Assembly: GCA_013265495.1 (NCBI GenBank)
Contig: MU061814.1
Span: 5,521,684-5,585,683, forward strand
DNA: 64,000 nt
Direction: 5' to 3'
DNA from: Vicugna vicugna
Lineage: Eukaryota
This document shows positions 23,779 through 33,080 of this stretch, in pieces. The position numbers and the translations under genes are program-made. The notes beneath the pieces were generated by a model, which saw only the letters and a list, made by a program, of their open reading frames with translations, made no database searches and had not been told where the DNA came from. The number at the start of each line of letters is the position of its first letter. Within the stretch, counting starts at the first letter, position 1.

Positions 23779-25262
23779 GTAGGGAGGGCCGCGGCAGCTG
23801 CCCTCACGCCGCCAGCACTCCCCCTCCGGCCCAGGCGTGCGGAGCAAGGGGTGTGCGCACGCGTGTGCAAGTGTGCACGGTGCCTGTTCAGGTGGCTGCT
23901 CGTGTGCGTGCACACGTCCTCCCGTGTGCTCCTGCGTGTGCTGTGCCCCAGACCCTGCCTCAGACCAGAGCGAGGGTGCCTCCGGCTGGCTGGGCAGCTG
24001 CCCCCGGCTGCGTGGCCCGGCTGCGTGGGAGGACGGTCCCCGCCGGCGGGCTGCCCGCTGGCCTGGTGGTGTGCCGATGCCTCGGCACCTGAGGCTCTTC
24101 CCGATTTTCCCTTCAGAGTCTGGCTGTGTCTAACGTCACGTGTCCTTCTCTGCCAGAAAGTCTGCTCCAGGCACCCGGGTGGCGGCCAGGTTGCCTCGTG
24201 GTAACCGTTGGCTCCACTGGCCACATGGTGGGGACCTGCCAAATTTCTGTGCGCTGCCAGTCAGGGCCACACCTGCCGCCGGCCGGGCCAGGAGGCTGAG
24301 GGGATGCCAAGTTCCCAAGACCTCTGGCTCCCGTGCGTGGGGATATTAGACTTCCGGAGAGAGCCCCCCAAAGGTCCCCGGTGGCTGGGGTGCGTGGCCC
24401 GCCCTCCAGGGAGTGGAATGGCCTGAGCTCCTGCCCTGCTCCAGTGTGGCACCCAGCAGCCTCCAGACCTGGGTGTGAGCCCTTCCTCCCTGCCTCTCCC
24501 TCTCCCCCTTCCCAGAGCCCAGTGCAGGACATGGGCCTGCCTCCAGCCCAAGTCCCCGGGACCCCAGACACCCTGCAACTGACCCCTGCCTGTTTCCTGG
24601 CCCGCCCCACCCGCAGCCGGTCCTGGTGGTCCAGGCAGTCCTGCTCCTGAGCTCCCACGTGGCCGTGGCTGGTGCGCTCTGTCCTGCAGCTGAAGCTCCC
24701 AGGACGGAGCTGTGCGAGGCCCAGGCATTTCTGAGCGGGGAGCTGGTCACTGGGCCCCCAGCAGGTTGGCCCTCCCCCTGCTGGGAGGCGAAAGGACTTC
24801 TCTCTGTGGCTGACCTGTGCCCATTATTGCAGACAGCCTGGGGCTCAAGGGGCAGCTTTCGCCCTGGGTGGCTGGCACTCGGGGTGGGCAGGAACCCAGC
24901 TGGGGCCCCAGTGGGAGGGCAGGGACCAAGACCTGCCCCGGAGCCCTGGCCTCTGAGCTTCCCGAGTGCTTTTGGAGAAAAGCGCGATGAAACCGACAGA
25001 AGCTGCAGTCCCCAGTGCAGATTTTTTTAACGCTAGATTTTGAAATAATTATAGATTCGGAGAACGCTGCAGTGAAAGGTGCAGGGAAGTCCTTCGCGCC
25101 CTCCCCCCTCTCCGCGGGGGCACCTCGTGTAGCTGCAGGACGATGTCAGATTCAGGACCTGGTACTGTGGCTCCGCGGGGCCATTCAGGTCTCACCTGAT
25201 GCACATGCCCTGTGTGGGTCAGTGCGTGTGTGCTACTGTGACCCGTGTGTGAGTCTGAGTCA

Positions 25263-25320
25263 GTGCGTGTGCATGTATGCAGGTCGCAGGCGTGCGTGTG
25301 CGTGTATGCAGGTCGCAGGC
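25263..25320 (+). repeat. 29-bp tandem duplication in a purine-pyrimidine alternating tract
   Basis: gtgcgtgtgc(a/g)tgtatgcaggtcgcaggc x2, one mismatch. Confidence 0.9.
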
Positions 25321-25647
25321 ATGCGCTCGAGCCTGCACCTGCCAGGACCCTGGAGCTGTGCGCTCTGGGAGCCCACGTAATGGCGGTAGGAGCACCAACG
25401 TGGACCCAGGAGCTGTCCTGGTGGAAGGACGCCCCCGCCAAGCTGAGTGTCTAGGAAAAGCCCAGCCCTGCTGGTCCCCTGGTCCCTGGGGTGAGTCAAG
25501 CAGGAAGGACATGCGGACTTGAATAACCACCAATGGCCCAGCAGAGCTTCAGGGCCTGGCTGTCACCTCCCGCTGGCCCCCTGGCTGGGCCTGCGTGCCG
25601 GCTTGGGTCGCAGCTCCACGGGGCCTCTGCCTTCTCTGCCACTCCAG

Positions 25648-25747
25648 GGGTCTACTTCCCTGCGCTGACCAGCCTGCTGTCGCAGAAGGTGCGGGAGAGC
25701 GAGCGGGCCTTCACCTACAGCACCGTGGGGGCCGGCTCCCAGTTCGG
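25648..25747 (+). CDS. SLC17A9: SLC17A9 exon 4
   Basis: (G)VYFPALTSLLSQKVRESERAFTYSTVGAGSQF(G); 100 nt; donor GG|GTGAGT. Confidence 0.98.
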
Positions 25748-27016
25748 GTGAGTCCCAGCCTGGGGGCAGTCGGGGGAAGGCAAAGGGCGTGCACCTGGCA
25801 CAGCGGCCCTGAGGAGTCTGGGCGGGGACAGGCGACACACATCCAGGTATGCACCGTGGGCTCTGTGCCCCAGGAGGCACTCGCCACCCCCCCCCTGTCC
25901 CTGTGCAAAGTGCTTCTCCCTGTGCACGCTCCACCCCCCAGGGCCAGCGGCAGGTGGCACAGGCTTTGGGGCTCGGGCACATGGACTGGGCATCAAGCTC
26001 TCGAGCGTCCATCTGTGCTGACAGAACAGGGTGTCCACCCGACGGTGGGCAGATGGCCTGTATTCCGACTCGAGGGGACCTGCCACCGTTCAGATGTGAA
26101 AGCTGTGCCCCTTCTCCCTGCGTCACCCTCAGAGCTCTAGGTCCTCCCTGGGGAGACCTGTGGGGCTTCACGACTCCCCCTCACTTCGCTGCTGCCCAGG
26201 TCTAGGCAGGAATTCGGAGGGCCGAGGGGTGCCTGTGGGTGGGCCGGGAGCAGCCCGAATAGAAACCCCCAGGTTCTCAGTGAAACGTGAACCTCGGATA
26301 AGCAGTTTGGGGCACACTTGCACTGAGAAAGGGTGTCTGTTCTTCTGAAATCCTGTTTGCCCAGGCGTCCTGGGCCCACGGGGCAGAAGGCCCAGCGAGC
26401 GAGCGACTGTGCCCGCCTCCCAGACTGGGAAATGGAGGCTGGGAGGGGCAAGTGGCCTTTCACAGGCCCCCTGGCCTTGGTGGGGGGCTTCCTCCTTTTC
26501 TCCTCCTTTCACTGTCTCCTGGCCAGATGTCAGCAGATGGGGGGCCGCAGGCGGACCCCTGAACAGACAGGCCAACCGGTGGGCCGGGAGGGAGGGCCCC
26601 GGGGCGTGCCTGGGACAGTGGGGCCAGCAGGGCCGGGGGCGGGTGGGGGCTGGGTTTCCTGGCCGTTTGCACTGAGAGACCTTCCTGAACGGTCCCCCCT
26701 CCAACGGTGATGCTGAGCCGCCCGAAGGTTTACGCCAGCGTGCTCTGGGCGCCGTTTTCTTTCCGCTGCCGTTTCCACTCGGAGAGGCTCCGCACCACAG
26801 CTGTCGGCCAGCGTGGAGGCCTGGCCACCTGGGCCGCTGTGCCTCGCCGCAGCCCCGCGGCCCCGGGGGTCTCGTGGAAGCCTGCGTCCCTAGCAGCCTG
26901 CGAGGAGACTGGGGCTCCCGAGCCCTTGCCTTACGGGCGACGAAAGCACCCTTTTTATGGGGAATCGGCTCACACCGGGTGGGTCTCCTCCCAGCAAAGC
27001 CCCTCTGTTGGAACAG

Positions 27017-27147
27017 GACGCTGCTGACGGGGGCCGCGGGCTCCCTGCTCCTGGACTGGTGCGGCTGGCAGAGCGTCTTCTATTTCTCCGGCGGGCTCAC
27101 CCTGCTGTGGGTGTGGTACGTGTACAGGTGCCTGTTGAGTGAGAAAG
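27017..27147 (+). CDS. SLC17A9: SLC17A9 exon 5
   Basis: TLLTGAAGSLLLDWCGWQSVFYFSGGLTLLWVWYVYRCLLSEK; 131 nt. Confidence 0.97.
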
Positions 27148-27682
27148 GTACGCGCAGCTGCTGGGAAGGGCCAGGGCCCGGCGCCTCGTCCCCTCCGGCG
27201 AGGGGCCACTGACCGCCCGCAGAGCAGGCCAGCTCAGCGGGACCCCGGGGCTGCGGCCTCCCTCTTTAGAGAAGGGTCCCCCAGACAGAGCCTCACAGAA
27301 GGTGCCGCTCCCGGAGCTCTCAGCCCAGTTGTGGCCACGACCAGCCCGACAGCCGTGTTGAATGAGAGGGGGTGTGCTGGGAGCTGCCCGGCTGGCAGAG
27401 GCAGTTGGCAGGACCAGTGGTGGCTTCTAGTGGCAGGAGCCTGGGGGGTTGAGGACAAGGGGTGTGGGCAGGATAGATGAACAAACAGAAAGTTTGTTCA
27501 AACTAGACACTGGTGTTGGCCCCCAAGGGCAAACGCTGCCGACCCCGGGCACTGACGGAGAGGAAGGGGTGGCCCCACGCAGAGCCAGGGTGCCCACGAG
27601 CTGCCCCAGCGCTGGCCTCTGGGAGCAGAGCCGTTGGCCTGACTCGAATGGCGCTCACGGGGAAATGCCTTGCTCCCTTCAG

Positions 27683-27779
27683 ATCTCCTCCTGGCCTTGG
27701 GCGTCCTGGCACAGGGCCTGCGGGTGACTAGGCACACCAAAGTGCCCTGGAGACGGCTCTTCTGGAAGTCTTCTGTCTG
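27683..27779 (+). CDS. SLC17A9: SLC17A9 exon 6
   Basis: (D)LLLALGVLAQGLRVTRHTKVPWRRLFWKSSV(W); 97 nt. Confidence 0.97.
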
Positions 27780-27963
27780 GTGAGCCTGGCTGCCATGAGT
27801 CGCAGTCACAGTGGGTGTGCCGGGATGGATGGGGTTTGGGGCCCTGGGGACACTGACCACAGGGCGAGCGGCCGCGCAAGGCGCCCTCAGGCCCCTGGCC
27901 GCCCTGGTGTGGGACGGGGCTTGGGTGGAGGCGAGGACCCTGAGCCTGGCGCCCGCCCCCCAG

Positions 27964-28060
27964 GGCAGCCATCATCTCCCAGCTCTCGGCGGCTTGTTCC
28001 TTCTTCATCCTCCTCTCCTGGCTGCCGACCTTCTTTAAGGAGACCTTCCCTAACTCCAAG
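27964..28060 (+). CDS. SLC17A9: SLC17A9 exon 7
   Basis: AAIISQLSAACSFFILLSWLPTFFKETFPNSK; 97 nt. Confidence 0.98.
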
Positions 28061-28596
28061 GTGGGTTGGCCACCCGGCGGCTGGCGGCTCACAGGGTGGG
28101 GGCGCCACAAAGCACGTGCCAGGCGTGCACAGGGGCCCTGGGCTCCTCGGACTGGGACTCTGGCCGCCCTGACCCCACGCGGCTCGATGCCGGCGCCTGG
28201 GTGCGCACTGGAGGGGCGCAGCTGCTGCCCCGTCCGCCCAGCCCAGCCGGGACGGCCCTTCCCGGCGAGGGCCACACGGGGGCCGTGATGTGGACGTGGA
28301 CGTCACCTGCCAGTCAGCTAGGCTGACTCCACCCCACCTTGGCCACCTGCCGGGTTCTGTGACCAGGGGACGGGGTGCGTCCCCCCAGGTCGGCCTGGCG
28401 GGATGTGGGGAGCCCTGAGGGAGGTTCTGCCCACGGGAGATACTGCACTAGTGGGCCCAGAGCTCTGCCAGAGGGATGAGTTAGGGTCTGGAGGGGCCCA
28501 GCCTGTGGGCTGAGCGCCCCTCTGGGCTGCGGTGGGCATGGCTGCTCATCCTGTCCTGGGTGGCCGCCTCATGGCTCTCCACCCTCCTTCCTGCAG

Positions 28597-28684
28597 GGCT
28601 GGGTCTTCAACGTGGTGCCCTGGCTGGTGGCCATTCCTGCTGGTCTGCTCAGCGGGCTTCTCTCTGACCGTCTCATCAGTCAGG
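28597..28684 (+). CDS. SLC17A9: SLC17A9 exon 8
   Basis: GWVFNVVPWLVAIPAGLLSGLLSDRLISQ; 88 nt. Confidence 0.98.
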
Positions 28685-29394
28685 GTGAGCTCTGGGGGCG
28701 GGGCTGGGTGGGGGGACATGCCTGGGCTTTGCCTCCCCTGGGGGGTAGGGAGGCACCCCTCCTGGGCTGCAGCTGTAGTGACGGGAAGAGGCCACGCCCC
28801 CGGAGGACCAGGCTGTGAGTGGGACCCCCAGCATTAGGACACAGTCGTGCTGTGACCATGCAGCTCCCCGACCTGGGGCCTAGATGCAGCACCACCCCCT
28901 TCAGAGGAGGAAAGGACACCTGGGGAGGTTAGAAGTTGCAGGCCTGGGTGGGCTGTGCACGTCAGGTGCTGGCCTGGGACCTGAGGGCACATTCCCCGAG
29001 GATGACCGTCTCGCACACACGCACACTCCCCATGACCCTGCATTACATGTGCGGTCCTTCTTAAATGTCTTGTCCTAATTACAAAAGGGCCACCCCACAC
29101 ACTGTGGAAAAATTAGAAAATTTGCAGAAACGCAAAGAAAGCACTTTGTCACCGTCGAGCGGCCTCGGCCCTGGGGACCCTTCGAGTACACACGTCCTGC
29201 AGGGCAGACGCCGTCACAAGCACTCACACGTGTGCTCACACTTCACCACGACACAGGGAGCCCCACCTCTAGCTGGGCCTGTCCCTCCTCTCCCCGCCCC
29301 CTCCCCCGAGCTGTGCCTAAGGGACCCACTCCCGGGGCGTCGGTGGGGGAACAAATGGGCCAACGGGACGTCTCCTGGCTTCCCTTCTGTTCAG

Positions 29395-29429
29395 GTTACA
29401 GGACCATTACCGTGCGGAAGTTCATGCAG
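29395..29429 (+). CDS. SLC17A9: SLC17A9 exon 9
   Basis: (G)YRTITVRKFMQ; 35 nt; retains R311. Confidence 0.96.
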
Positions 29430-29817
29430 GTAGGAGGGTCCTGGATGGCACTCTCTGGATGCCCTTGCTCTGTTCCCGGGACCCGAGGGTCGTGTCCCCC
29501 CATCACCTGACCTAGCAGTGGCTGGTGCACCACGGCGGCCGGAGGGCACCCTGGGTCAGTGCTGGGGCCTGGTTTGGCTGACTTGAGGCCCTTGTCTGAG
29601 CCCCGGTCTTCTGGGCCTGGGACTGCTCACGTTGAATGGGGCCTCCTCCCTTTGGCTCCTGCCAGCAGGGCCAGCTTAGTAGCGCAGCCTCGTCCCACGT
29701 GTCCTCTGGGCAGGCCCAGGCCCATGAGGGGTTTCCCACTGACCCGTGCCCAGGCCGCCAGGGAAGGGGGAAGGGGGAAGGGGGATGGGGCCCCGTCCCC
29801 ACTCGTCTCTCCTGCAG

Positions 29818-29933
29818 GTGATGGGCCTCGGCCTGTCCGGTGTTTTCGTCCTGTGTTTGGGTCACACCTCGAGCTTTTGTATGTCTGTGGTCTTTGCATC
29901 GGCCTCCATCGGCCTCCAGACCTTCAACCACAG
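29818..29933 (+). CDS. SLC17A9: SLC17A9 exon 10
   Basis: VMGLGLSGVFVLCLGHTSSFCMSVVFASASIGLQTFNH(S); 116 nt. Confidence 0.98.
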
Positions 29934-30193
29934 GTGAGGGCTGGGTGTCCCATCCGCTAGAGCTGCCCACACTGCCTTTGGGCTCCAGGTCCTGGGCACA
30001 CTGGAAAAGCCACCTGGCTCAGGACACATGTGGATGGTGGGCACGCGGCAGGTCCCCAAAAGTGAGGTTGTCGGGGTTTCAGGCTGGCGTGGACCTGGGC
30101 CATTTGGAAAAACAAAGCCGGTGCCTCAGGAGGGGCCAGGAGGGGAGGTGCTGGCCTGCAGTCCAGGCAGCATCTTCTGACCAGACGTGGGCC

Positions 30194-30217
30194 CGTCCTC
30201 GTCCTCGTCCTCGTCCT
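30194..30217 (+). repeat. (CGTCCT)4 microsatellite
   Basis: Seen directly in SLC17A9 intron 10. Confidence 0.9.
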
Positions 30218-30544
30218 CCGTCTGGTCTGCCGTCCTCCTGACTGCGCAGCAGCTCAGTGTTTAACCAGCACTGCGCTGACGTTGTTTTGGGAATCGGCGA
30301 CTTGACGTTGTTTTCCAGTTAGTGGACAGCAGACACGTGTGCGTTGGAGCAAACTTGCCTTCCCGTTGTTTGCTGCGTCCCGGGAGTGGGCTCCTGTGCC
30401 GTGGCACCACTGGGCGGGGGCCGAGCTCCCGGCCTGGCAGGCGGCTGGTCTCCGGGATCCAGGTGCTCAGAGGACTGACCGCGGGCTCAGTGGGTGGCGG
30501 CCGCCCTGTGGCCACTCGCCTGCCTCCTTTCCTCTTTCCCACAG

Positions 30545-30600
30545 TGGCATTTCCGTCAACATCCAGGATCTGGCCCCATCCTGTGCCGGCTTTCTGTTTG
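30545..30600 (+). CDS. SLC17A9: SLC17A9 exon 11
   Basis: GISVNIQDLAPSCAGFLF; 56 nt. Confidence 0.98.
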
Positions 30601-30758
30601 GTGAGGCCCAAGGCCCCTGTTTGAATAGGAAGTGGCTGCCCCCACCCCGGGCCGTGCTCACCCCTTCACCCCTCCTGGGCTCCCAGGCAGGTGGCCGTGG
30701 GAGGGTCACAGCTGGCCTCCTCTGACCTGTCCTTGCTCTCTCTCTGTCCTGTTCACAG

Positions 30759-30788
30759 GTGTGGCCAACACAGCTGGGGCCTTAGCAG
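30759..30788 (+). CDS. SLC17A9: SLC17A9 exon 12 (30 nt)
   Basis: (G)VANTAGALA; cacag acceptor; G|GTGAGA donor. Confidence 0.96.
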
Positions 30789-31263
30789 GTGAGAGGTGGG
30801 CCAGGGCTCCCTGCCTGCAGGTTTCAAGCCCAGAGTTCCCTGGGGGGCCGCCTGGCTGCCCCACTTCATGTCCTCCCACCCGCTCCGGCTGCTTCAGCCT
30901 TGCAGGATGGGGCGTGGCGCCCTTTGGGGGGGGTCTCACTGTCAGACTAGTGCGGTGGGGTTGGGTGGCCTAGGCCGCAGAGCTGGCCCCCAGAGAGAGC
31001 AGAGCAGCCTTCCCCAGGGTCTCTCTCCTGATGTCACGTAATGACCACCCCCACCAGCCTGATCCACAGACGTGACTGAGAGCCCTGAGGTCCGGGGTCC
31101 CCACAGGTCGAGGGCTCCCATGGAAATGAGGGGTTTCACTCCCTCAGGACCTGCCGGCCTTCCTGCAGGTCCCCAGCCCCAGCTCCTCTCCTGCACTGTC
31201 CTCGGGGTTCTGGTGGGGGAGCTGCCTGTGACCCAGCCTGCCTGTCCCATCTCTCGGACACAG

Positions 31264-31427
31264 GTGTCGTGGGCGTGTGCCTGGGCGGCTACCTCATCGA
31301 GACCACGGGCTCCTGGACGTCTGTGTTCAACCTGGTGGCCGCCATCAGCAGCCTGGGGCTGTGCACCTTCCTGGTGTTCGGGAAGGCCCAGCGGGTGGAC
31401 CTGAGCCCCATCCATGAGGACCTCTAG
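31264..31427 (+). CDS. SLC17A9: SLC17A9 exon 13 (last coding exon)
   Basis: (G)VVGVCLGGYLIETTGSW...KAQRVDLSPIHEDL then TAG; the joined CDS is 1311 nt = 436 aa, the same as human VNUT as recalled. Confidence 0.98.
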
Positions 31428-31513
31428 CTGCCCTGGCCCATCGTCCCCTGAGGACCCGGCGCCACCAGCCTTGGGGAGCAGAGCCAGTTTAAGAGCCTCT
31501 TGCTCCTGGTGTA

Positions 31514-31547
31514 TGAGCCTCGGAGTGAGCCTCGGAGTGAGCCTCGG
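31514..31547 (+). repeat. 12-bp tandem repeat in the SLC17A9 3' UTR
   Basis: TGAGCCTCGGAG x2.8. Confidence 0.9.
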
Positions 31548-32225
31548 TCAGGCGGGAGGGTGGGGCCGTCGCTGGCCCTGGGCCGCCCGGGTGGGGCCTG
31601 GTTCCTTGCCCGTGGGGGACTGCACCCCCCTCTCAGGGTTGGTGGGACTGCGGGGTGTTTAGCAGCACCCCCGGCTCCCACCCACTAGACGAGCCTCCAG
31701 TCATGACAGCCAACAGTGTCTCCTGACGTCACCAAGTGTCCCCAGGGACCGGCCCCCGGTGGGAACCACAGCTCCCGAGGAAGGCCATGGAGGGTGGGGA
31801 GGCATTTCTGCTTCTCCAAACGGTCAGGCTGAGGCCCCCAGTTCAACGGGTTGTGAGGTCTTGAGCCTTTGCCCATCCTTGGCGACCCCACCCCCGGTGA
31901 CCCCCTCCCGTGAATCCCTGGGCCCTGGCCATTCATTCTGCTTCCCTGGTGCCTCCGGCCCTGAGGGGAGGGTGGGCACCCCTCCGGGCCAGGACGCACC
32001 CCGGAGCCCGGGCAGAGCCACCTTTCCGCACTGTCTCTCACCCTTCCTGTTCACGGTAGAGAAGCTGTCGTCTCGTGAATTAATAATAGATTTTGCCAGA
32101 TGTTTACGTAGACAAAAGAAACTATGGGAATGTGGAAAATTACACCAGAGCCTCATTTAAATGCTGACTATTAAAGTATTTAAAGAGACGACGATGATAC
32201 TATTTAACACTCTTTTTATAAAAAG

Positions 32226-32231
32226 AATAAA
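32226..32231 (+). terminator. SLC17A9 polyadenylation signal
   Basis: First AATAAA after the stop codon (about 800 nt), in AT-rich context. Confidence 0.7.
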
Positions 32232-32739
32232 TGCACGTTAAAGATTTATTTCACTCATTCGAGGAAACCAGCAAAGCGTTACAAACAGGTCAAAAGGAAA
32301 TCCCAAGAGCGGACTCCGGGGGCTGGTTCCCTGAGTGCGCAGACGCAGCGAAGCTGCAGGGTCTCGCTGCTGCTTGGGACGGACCCTGGCTGCGTGTCGC
32401 GGGTCAGAGTGGCTCGGCGTTGCTGTCAGCTGTGTGCAGGGCTGTGCAGCTTCCAGGGTCAGCCAGCTCGTAATTTTCCACGTAAGCCCAGATTTCCCCC
32501 TCCAGTCCCCCCACTTTGGATCACAAAGAATCTGGAAGAAGTTTTCTTGATTACAGAGTGAGTCTGTCCCCCGTGGGTTTGGCCTGGTTGTTTACAGAGG
32601 TGCGGCAAGAATGTTAATTTATCATAAAGGCCGATGTGTTTTCATGGGAAGCCTGGGGTGAGGGGATGGGGGACTTCTGTGCTGTCCTGGGTCCTGGGCT
32701 GGGAACCCAGCCAGGAAACCCCCCACGTGGGGTGGGGGC

Positions 32740-33080
32740 GGCCGTCCCCACCATCATCTCCGTGACTCATCTTCCCAAACTGAGACTGTCCCGGCTAAAC
32801 ACTCACTCCTGTTTCCCACCCCCAGCCCCAGACAGCCACCATCTATTTTTTCGGTCTCTATGACAATGACTCTGTGGGGAACTTCGTGGAAGTGTTGGTC
32901 CTTTTGTGACTGGTTCGATTCGCTAAGCAAAGTGTCCTCAAGGCTCATCCACGCAGCCGTGTGCATGACGCTCTGTTAAAGGGTGGACCACTCCTCCTTT
33001 GTCCATTCGCCCAGGACTCCTGGGCTGCTGTGAATTTGCTGCTGTGGGCCTGAGTGTGAGAGTAACACCTGTCTCTTTAA
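32740..33080 (-). mobile_element. L1M 3' UTR fragment, antisense
   Basis: cccagccccagacagccaccatctatttttt...aaagtgtcctcaaggctcatccacg is typical of antisense L1MB/MC 3' ends. Confidence 0.8.

Noticed and set aside
23142-24242. 366-aa antisense ORF, the longest in the window
   Set aside because: Shadow of SLC17A9 exons 2-3 plus GC-rich intron; no family resemblance.
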